Origin: Elusimicrobiales bacterium | GTDB taxonomy: Bacteria; Elusimicrobiota; Elusimicrobia; Elusimicrobiales; UBA9959 | Direction: 5' to 3' | Length of the DNA stretch: 64,000 nucleotides | Assembly: GCA_031082205.1 (NCBI GenBank) | Contig: JAVHLJ010000003.1 | Coordinates: 890-64,889, forward strand | In this document: positions 55,671 through 62,010 of the stretch, piece by piece | Numbering within the stretch: position 1 is the stretch's first letter | How the letters are laid out: the number at the start of each line of letters is the position of its first letter | The notes under the pieces: generated by a model | What the model was told of the DNA's origin: nothing | The model's database searches: none | The model's input: only the letters and a program-made list of their open reading frames with translations | Translations under genes and position numbers: made by a program

Positions 55671-56944
55671 TGGCCGTACTTTTCACCGGCATAGACCAGC
55701 TGCTGACCTTCGCGGGCGAAAAGGCCGCGAGGGCCGGCGCGGCCATGCGCGAGACCGGGCTGGTCGAGGACGCGGCGGTGCTGGCCGACAAGGGCCTCAT
55801 CGTCGCCGCCGGCCCCCGCGCCGCGGTGTCGCGCCACCCGCTGGCGAAAAAAGCGAAGAAAGTCGAGGCCCGCGGCGTCTGCCTGCCGGGATTCGTCGAC
55901 AGCCACACTCACGCCGTCTTCGCCGAGCCCCGGCTCAAGGATTTCTCCATGCGCACTGCCGGCGCCACATACCAGGAGATAAAGGCCGCCGGCGGGGGGA
56001 TAATCTCCAGCATAGGCGCGGTCCGCCGGCAGCCGCAGGCGGCGATGGCGGAGCAGCTGGCCCGCAGGGCGGAACTTTTCCTGCGCTGCGGCACCACCAC
56101 CATGGAGGTCAAGAGCGGCTACGGCCTCAGCCTCGACTCGGAGCTCAAGATGCTGCGCGCCGTGAAGGCCGCGGCCCGGAAGACCCCGCTGGAGATGACG
56201 CCGACGCTGCTGGCCGCGCACGGCGTGCCGCCGGAATTCGACGGCGATTCGCGGAAATACCTGGATTACGTTACGCGGGAGATACTGCCGAAGGCGGTCT
56301 CCGAAAAATTGGCCGTCTTCGTCGACATTTTCTGCGAGAAGGGTTATTTCACACCGGAGCAGACCCGCGCCTACCTGAAAGAGGCCGCGCGGCTGGGCCT
56401 CAAGCCCAAGGTCCACTCCGAACAGCTTTCCAACTACGGCGGCACCCGGGCGGGGGCGGCGGCCGGCGCGATAAGCGCCGACCACGCCGACCATGTCTTC
56501 GCCGAGGATATCGCCGCCATGCGCGAGGCCGGCACCATAGCCGCGCTGCTGCCGGCGTCCAATTATTACCTGGGCCTGGCCAAGTACCCGCCCGCGCGCG
56601 AGATCATAGAGGCGGGCGTCCCGGTGGCTCTGGCCACCGATTTCAATCCCGGCACCTGCCCGTGCTGGAACATGCAGTTCGTCCTGTCCGTCGCCTGCAC
56701 CCATTGCGCCATGACGCCCGAGGAGGCGCTCTGCGCCGCCACGGTCAACGGCGCCTGGGCGCTGGGCGCCGGGGACAGGCTCGGGGCCGTGATGCCCGGG
56801 ATGAGCGCGGACCTCGCTTTCTTCGAGGCCGCGGACTACCGCGAGCTCTGCTATTATTTCGGCGACAGCCAGTGCCGCGTGACCGTGAAAAGGGGCGAAG
56901 TCGTTTTCGACAGGGGGCAACTGAAGGCCGGAGGAAAGAAATGA
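55670..56944 (+). CDS. hutI: imidazolonepropionase
   Basis: PGFVDSHTHAVF, TTMEVKSGYGL and the HutI amidohydrolase metal ligands. TGATG overlap with yajQ. Confidence 0.92.
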   Translation: MAVLFTGIDQLLTFAGEKAARAGAAMRETGLVEDAAVLADKGLIVAAGPRAAVSRHPLAKKAKKVEARGVCLPGFVDSHTHAVFAEPRLKDFSMRTAGATYQEIKAAGGGIISSIGAVRRQPQAAMAEQLARRAELFLRCGTTTMEVKSGYGLSLDSELKMLRAVKAAARKTPLEMTPTLLAAHGVPPEFDGDSRKYLDYVTREILPKAVSEKLAVFVDIFCEKGYFTPEQTRAYLKEAARLGLKPKVHSEQLSNYGGTRAGAAAGAISADHADHVFAEDIAAMREAGTIAALLPASNYYLGLAKYPPAREIIEAGVPVALATDFNPGTCPCWNMQFVLSVACTHCAMTPEEALCAATVNGAWALGAGDRLGAVMPGMSADLAFFEAADYRELCYYFGDSQCRVTVKRGEVVFDRGQLKAGGKK

Positions 56945-57789
56945 AGATAGTGCTTTTCGACATAGACGGTACCCTGATCAAGGCCGGCGGCGCCGGAGTG
57001 CGCGCCCTCAACCGCGCGGTGAAGGAGATGACGGGCTGCCCCGAAGCCTGCAAGGCCCATGAGCTGCAGGGCACCACCGACAAGTTCAATTTCGAGCTCG
57101 CTTTCAAGTCGGGCAAGGGCCGCAAGCCTACGAAGAAGGAGATGGACGAGCTGGTGCGCCGGTACCTGGCCTGCCTGCCTGAAGAGGTGAAGGCCTCCCT
57201 GAAGGCGAAGAAATACGAGAAGGTCAAAGGGGTGGAGAAGTTCCTGGAGAAACTCTCGAAAACTCCCGGCGTGATGATAGGCCTTGGAACGGGCAACCTC
57301 AAGGACGGCGCCTTCATAAAGCTCGGCCCTTCGGGCTTCATGAAGTATTTCGCCTTCGGGGGTTATGGCTGCGACTCCCATCACAGGGCCGCCGTCCTGG
57401 AAAAGGCCGTCGTCCGGGCCGCGAAACTGGCGAAGTCGGCTATAAAGCCCAGCGAGGTCTATGTCATCGGCGACACCCACCGCGACGTGGAGGCCGCCAA
57501 GGAATGCGGCTACCGCCCCGCCGCCGTGCTCGACGGCTTCGGCGACGATTACCTGATACTCCGTTCCAACCCGGAGATCATGGAGAAGGATTTTTCCGAC
57601 ATGAAGCCCTGGCTGCTCTGGCTGGGCCTGGAGCGGGACCCCAAAGGCGTCAGCCGCGGCACCTATATCTGCCCCGACTCGCCGATCGAGCACGCTCATT
57701 ACGGCCGCACCGGCATGGACCTGCGCGACATAGACGCGGGGATCGCGAAACTGCGTGAGGCCCGCCGGAAGGTCACGGGCGGAAAATGA
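56941..57789 (+). CDS. HAD-superfamily hydrolase with ~70-aa C-terminal extension
   Basis: The ATG at 56941 is in frame with ORF 56662..57789 and forms an ATGA overlap. HAD motif I VLFDIDGTL and motif IV GDTHRDVEAA. Confidence 0.85.
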   Translation: MKIVLFDIDGTLIKAGGAGVRALNRAVKEMTGCPEACKAHELQGTTDKFNFELAFKSGKGRKPTKKEMDELVRRYLACLPEEVKASLKAKKYEKVKGVEKFLEKLSKTPGVMIGLGTGNLKDGAFIKLGPSGFMKYFAFGGYGCDSHHRAAVLEKAVVRAAKLAKSAIKPSEVYVIGDTHRDVEAAKECGYRPAAVLDGFGDDYLILRSNPEIMEKDFSDMKPWLLWLGLERDPKGVSRGTYICPDSPIEHAHYGRTGMDLRDIDAGIAKLREARRKVTGGK

Positions 57790-58505
57790 GCGGTCTGGCC
57801 GTCATATACAGCGGCGGCAAGGACAGCCACCTGGCGCTTCTCGAAGCGGCCGCGGCGGGCGGGAAGCTGGCCTGCCTGGTCGGTTTCGACGGAGGACAGA
57901 GGCACGAGGAATATTTCAACGACGCCAGGAAGCCGGGCCTGGCGGCCGCCCACGCGGACCTTCTCGGCCTGCCGTACGGAGAGGTTAAGGCGGGCCCGGA
58001 TTTCCGGGTCAAGGCGCTGAGGGCCAACGTGGCGAAACTGTCGGCCGCGGCCTCTCTTTTCGGGGCGGATACCCTGGTCTCCGGGGTCGCCCGCTGCCGC
58101 TGCGGGGGCAGGATATCCGCCTGGCGCGCCGCGGCGAAAGCCGCCGGGTTCGGCCTGGAGGCGCCCGTAATAGGCTACGACCTCGTCCACGCCGTACGCC
58201 TCTGCCTCGAGTACGGCGTCAGGGCGCTGATCACCGGCGTCGAATACAGGAAGGTCCCCTCCCGCTGGCTGGGCCGGGAGATGGACGCCGACTTCCTCGA
58301 TTTCATAACCGCGGAGAAAAAGGCCGGCAGGACGGTGGACGGCAGCGACATCCAGACCGTGGTGCTGGACAGCCCGGCCTTCGCCGGGCGCGTCGAGCCG
58401 GTAAGGCTGGCGCGGGCCGCGCGCGGCGGGCAGGAACTGCTCAGGCTGGAAAAATTCAGGCTGGTGCGCCGCCGGAGAGCGCGGGCGCCGCTGGGGAGAA
58501 AATGA
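57786..58505 (+). CDS. DUF71/MJ0570-family PP-loop ATP pyrophosphatase (diphthine-ammonia-ligase-like)
   Basis: PP-loop VIYSGGKDS. Collinear with MJ0570 through ...TVVLDSPAF. ATGA overlaps on both sides. Confidence 0.75.
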   Translation: MSGLAVIYSGGKDSHLALLEAAAAGGKLACLVGFDGGQRHEEYFNDARKPGLAAAHADLLGLPYGEVKAGPDFRVKALRANVAKLSAAASLFGADTLVSGVARCRCGGRISAWRAAAKAAGFGLEAPVIGYDLVHAVRLCLEYGVRALITGVEYRKVPSRWLGREMDADFLDFITAEKKAGRTVDGSDIQTVVLDSPAFAGRVEPVRLARAARGGQELLRLEKFRLVRRRRARAPLGRK

Positions 58506-59503
58506 AGATCGAAGAAACCCTCACTTACGGTGATATCGCGGAGATCCCGGCGCTGCTGGAGGCCTTCTCGGCGCGGGCCGGGCTGATGAAGCGGCTGGCC
58601 CTGCGCTCCCCGGACAGGGCCGTGCACCTGGTCGGGCGCGGCTCGTCGGGCACCGCCACCCTTTTCGCCAAGTATATCTGGGAGACCTACGCGGGCACGG
58701 TGACCAATTTCGTCCACCCTCATTCCATTTTCGAAGCCCGCAAGCCTCTTAACTTCCGGGACGCGGCGGTCTGGGCCTTCTCGCAGTCCGGCCGCAGCCA
58801 GGACATCGTGGCCTGCCTGAAGCGGCTCATGGCCTGGGGCGCGCGCGGCGTGGCGGTGACCAACGAGGCCGACCTCAAGGCCAATCCGCTGGCCCGGCTG
58901 GCCGACCGGCACATACTGCTCTCCGGTTCGAAGGAAGTGCCGGTGGCGGCCACCAAGAGTTTCGCGCTGCAGCTCTGGGCGGTGCTCTGGGCCGCGCAGG
59001 CCTGGAGCCGCTGCTTCAGGCCCTCCGACTTCAAGGCGGCCGTGAAAGCGGCCGCTTCCGCCGCGAAGGAGAATTACGGAGGGGAGGCCCTCCTGCGGCG
59101 GGTAAAGCGGGCCAATATGCTGGGGTTCGTGGGTCGCGGCGCCTTCAACGCCGTCGCCGAGGATTCGGCGCTGAAGTTCCGCGAGATGGCCATGGCGCAC
59201 GCGCTGGGCTATTCGGCGGCCGAGTTCCTGCACGGCCCGGTCGGCGCCTATACCGGAAAAGACCTGGTCTTCCTGTTCTCCCCGTCCGAGGCCATCCCCG
59301 AGGATATCAGGCGCGTGATGAAGGCGCTCGACGAGCGCGGCACTCCCTACGAGGTGGTAAGGCCGCCCCGGGGAGTAAGGTTCCCTTTCAACTGCATCCC
59401 CGTGGACATACGGATGAAGCTGCTGGCCCTGCGCCTGGCGCTGGCCAAGGGCCTCGACCCGGACAACCCCCGCGGCCTCAAAAAAGTCACCCCGACCTTC
59501 TAG
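58502..59503 (+). CDS. double-SIS-domain sugar-phosphate isomerase/aminotransferase-like protein (GlmS C-terminal / FrlB / AgaS-like)
   Basis: SIS motifs VGRGSSGTA, AFSQSGRSQD and VTNEADL, plus a second SIS half with FLHGP. Confidence 0.8.
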   Translation: MKIEETLTYGDIAEIPALLEAFSARAGLMKRLALRSPDRAVHLVGRGSSGTATLFAKYIWETYAGTVTNFVHPHSIFEARKPLNFRDAAVWAFSQSGRSQDIVACLKRLMAWGARGVAVTNEADLKANPLARLADRHILLSGSKEVPVAATKSFALQLWAVLWAAQAWSRCFRPSDFKAAVKAAASAAKENYGGEALLRRVKRANMLGFVGRGAFNAVAEDSALKFREMAMAHALGYSAAEFLHGPVGAYTGKDLVFLFSPSEAIPEDIRRVMKALDERGTPYEVVRPPRGVRFPFNCIPVDIRMKLLALRLALAKGLDPDNPRGLKKVTPTF

Positions 59504-59511
59504 CCCGCATA

Positions 59512-59943
59512 AGGAATAACTATTCCGGGAGCCGGCGGGGTATCACCACGAAAAAAGCCTCAGGTTCCCCCGGCGGGCCTTCGCTCCGCCACGGGTTCGG
59601 CTTTCTGAAATACACCCGGCGCTTCGCTCGGCCGGGCACGAACTCGGCCTGCGCGCATAGCGCGCCAGGCCTCAGACAATCATGCCCGTCCGGCAGTGCC
59701 GGTTCCCTCGCTACGCTTGGGGAAAGCCTCCGATGTGGTTTCGGAAGGCCCGCCGAGGGAACCTTGCCCGTCACGTGGCTCATGAGGAGACAGCCGGGGG
59801 AGGCAGGGGGCCGGCGCGGCAAAACCTTCACGGAGGCCGGAGCATCGTAAGCGCGGAGGCCGAGTGAGGAGGGCCGAGCGCTATGCGCGAGAGCCCGTGT
59901 TTTGCGGGCCGGCCCCCTGCCATGCCCACGAATAGTTATTCCT
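59512..59943. repeat. 432-bp non-coding, hairpin- and repeat-dense island bounded by perfect 14-bp inverted repeats (MITE, REP cluster or structured RNA)
   Basis: AGGAATAACTATTC (59512-59525) and GAATAGTTATTCCT (59930-59943) are exact reverse complements. Internal perfect 14-bp helix 59802-59815/59908-59921. 20/21 complementarity between 59562-59582 and 59744-59764. Bulged 11-bp hairpin at 59646-59671. No credible ORF. Confidence 0.6.
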
Positions 59944-59960
59944 GATGTTTTAGGCGGGTG

Positions 59961-60659
59961 TCAGAACAGGGAGGCTTTGCGCAGGACCCGGCCGATGGCG
60001 GCGCCCCAGGGGACCCGCGCCAGGTCGGCGATGACCGAGTCCACGTCGTAGGCCGCGCGGAAGATCTCGGCCGACGGGGCGGGCGAGCAGGTAAGCACCG
60101 CGTAAGAGGCGCGAGTGTCTCCGTCGAGCGGGCTGCCCACGCTGCCGGGATTGACCGCCAGGCCGCCGCCGGGCAGCGTCTTTACGTAGGGCGCGTGGAT
60201 ATGGCCGCAGACGACGTTGACGCCGCCGGCTGCCCCGTCGGGCTGGAAGCCCGCCTCGTCGTCCCCGCTGGAGGCGTGGAAGCAGGCGAACTCCGCGCCA
60301 CCCAGCGAGAAGGAGATCTCCGCCGGGGCGGAGCCGAGCCAGGCCTTGTCCTCCCCGTCGAGACGGCGGACCGTCCATTCGGCGTGGTCGGCTCCCTCCG
60401 GTCCCCGGAAGTATTTCTCAAGATACGCCCTCCGCTGCAGTTCCGAGGCGTAGCGGTCGTGGTTCCCTTTTACCCTGTGCAGGATGTTCATCTCGCGCAG
60501 GACTTTGACCGTCTCGGCCGGGTAGGGCCCCATGTTGACGGCGTCGCCCAGGAAGCAGACCGGCGCCCCGGCCAGCCCGCGGCGGGCGATGTCGCCCCTG
60601 ACGGCCTCCAGGGCCGCCAGGTTGGCGTGTACATCGGACAGTATCACCAGTTTTTTCAA
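59961..60659 (-). CDS. calcineurin-like metallophosphoesterase (YfcE-like)
   Basis: The TTG at 60659-60657 gives (M)KKLVILSDVHAN. Motifs GDAVNMG, GNHD and CGHIH. The longer track ORF (to 61034) overlaps ssnA and is Arg/Gly-rich. Confidence 0.8.
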   Translation of the reverse strand: MKKLVILSDVHANLAALEAVRGDIARRGLAGAPVCFLGDAVNMGPYPAETVKVLREMNILHRVKGNHDRYASELQRRAYLEKYFRGPEGADHAEWTVRRLDGEDKAWLGSAPAEISFSLGGAEFACFHASSGDDEAGFQPDGAAGGVNVVCGHIHAPYVKTLPGGGLAVNPGSVGSPLDGDTRASYAVLTCSPAPSAEIFRAAYDVDSVIADLARVPWGAAIGRVLRKASLF

Positions 60660-60685
60660 TCCGCCCCCGCCGCCCCCGCGGCCGA

Positions 60686-62008
60686 TTAGAACCTGCTCCA
60701 GAGTTTCTTCGCCAGCTCCGCGGACTTGCGCGAAACCTCTTCTTCGTCTATGTCGAGCTTGAGCCGCTTGTTCTCCATCAGTATCTTCCCGCCAGCTATG
60801 GTGGTGTCCACGCCGCTCTGGCTGAGTCCGAACACCAGGTGGCCGTAGAAATTTGACGCGTCCAGCGGCGTGGGGGGGAAATAGTCGATCAGTATCACGT
60901 CGGCCGCGAAGCCCTCTTTCAGCTCCCCCAGACCTTTGAACTGACGGTTGGCTATCTTCGCGTTGTTCACGGTCAGGGCCGTCGCGGCCTCCATGAAGCC
61001 CTGCGACGGGTCGTGGCGCAGATGCTGCAGCCAAAGCGAGGTCCTGAGCTCCTCGAACATGTTCACCGTCATGGCGTCGGTGCCAAGGCCCACCAGGACG
61101 CCTCGCCGCATCATGCCCGTTATGTCGGCCACGCCGACGGAATTGTTGGCGTTGGACTGGGCGTTATGCACGACCGGGGTTCCCGTGGCCGCCAGTATCT
61201 CGGTCTCGCGCTCGTCGATGTGGACGCAGTGCACGCAGATGGACTTCGGCCCCAGGACGCCGAACTTGTTGAGGCGCTCCACCACGCGCATGCCGTGATG
61301 GGATTCGCAGTGTATCTGGTCGGCCTGTGATTCGGCAGTGTGCACGTGGAAGCCCGCGCCCAAGCCCCGCCCCACGCCCGCGGCCGCTTCCAGCGTGGCG
61401 TCGGTTACGGTGAACGAGGCGTGCAGGCCGAACATGGCCGTCACCGTGTTGTCGTCGGCCTTGACGGTCCTTTTTATGAAGTCGGCGTTCTCCTCTATGC
61501 CGGCGGCCGCCGCCTTGCGGCCGTCGCGGTCGGAGAGCTCGTAGCAGAGCGAGGCGCGCAGCCCCGTTTCGCGCACGGCTTTCTCCACGGCCTCGAGGGA
61601 CCCCTTTATCGCGAAAGGGCTGGCGTGATGGTCGATAAGCGTGGTCGTGCCCTTGCGCACGGCGTTGATCAGCGGTATGACGGCGCTGTAATAGGAGTCG
61701 GCGTTGGTCAGCCGCTTGTCGAGCTTCCACCAGAGGTTGTTGAGCACCTCGACGAAGTTCTTCGACGGCTTGGCCTTGCCCAGTCCGCGCGCGAAGGTGC
61801 TGTAGAAATGCATGTGCGCGTTTATGAAGCCCGGCATAACGACCTTGCCGTGCGCGTCTATGACTTTGGAGTACTTCCCCTTGAAGGTCTTCTGCGGGGC
61901 TATCTTCTTGATGTGCCCGCCTTCTATCAGCAGGGCGTGGCCGTGGAGGACCTTGTTCTCCTCCCCGAGCGTGACTATCGTGCCGTTCTTTATGAGTATG
62001 GTCTTCAT
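60686..62008 (-). CDS. ssnA: SsnA-family amidohydrolase
   Basis: The ATG at 62008-62006 (MKTILIKNG) is in frame with ORF 60686..62107. Long collinear match by eye to E. coli SsnA (NLWWKLDKRL..YYS...LIDHHASP...GSL...GLRA..C.E..DR). Confidence 0.88.
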   Translation of the reverse strand: MKTILIKNGTIVTLGEENKVLHGHALLIEGGHIKKIAPQKTFKGKYSKVIDAHGKVVMPGFINAHMHFYSTFARGLGKAKPSKNFVEVLNNLWWKLDKRLTNADSYYSAVIPLINAVRKGTTTLIDHHASPFAIKGSLEAVEKAVRETGLRASLCYELSDRDGRKAAAAGIEENADFIKRTVKADDNTVTAMFGLHASFTVTDATLEAAAGVGRGLGAGFHVHTAESQADQIHCESHHGMRVVERLNKFGVLGPKSICVHCVHIDERETEILAATGTPVVHNAQSNANNSVGVADITGMMRRGVLVGLGTDAMTVNMFEELRTSLWLQHLRHDPSQGFMEAATALTVNNAKIANRQFKGLGELKEGFAADVILIDYFPPTPLDASNFYGHLVFGLSQSGVDTTIAGGKILMENKRLKLDIDEEEVSRKSAELAKKLWSRF

Positions 62009-62010
62009 CG

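Noticed and set aside
59579-59720. TCGCT-containing short repeats spaced about 42 and 84 nt apart, considered as a degenerate CRISPR array.
   Set aside because: The period is too short, the repeats are only about 12-25 nt and degenerate, the inverted copies are intermixed, and no cas genes are present in the window.
59520-59867. ORFs 59520..59831(-) of 103 aa and 59682..59867(+) of 61 aa inside the non-coding island.
   Set aside because: They are Arg/Pro/Gly-rich, have no RBS, and their frames are defined by the palindromic repeats themselves. I see no similarity to any protein family I know.
59504-59960. Tested the island by eye as RNase P RNA, tmRNA, SRP RNA, 6S, 5S or a group II intron domain V.
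   Set aside because: The diagnostic strings are absent on both strands: GGAAAGUCCGGGC and ACAGAACCCGGCUUA (RNase P), a tRNA-like 3' end or tag ORF (tmRNA), GGAAGCAGC (SRP domain IV), the 5S loop sequences, and a domain V AGCCGUAU-type hairpin. A by-eye check cannot exclude divergent members.
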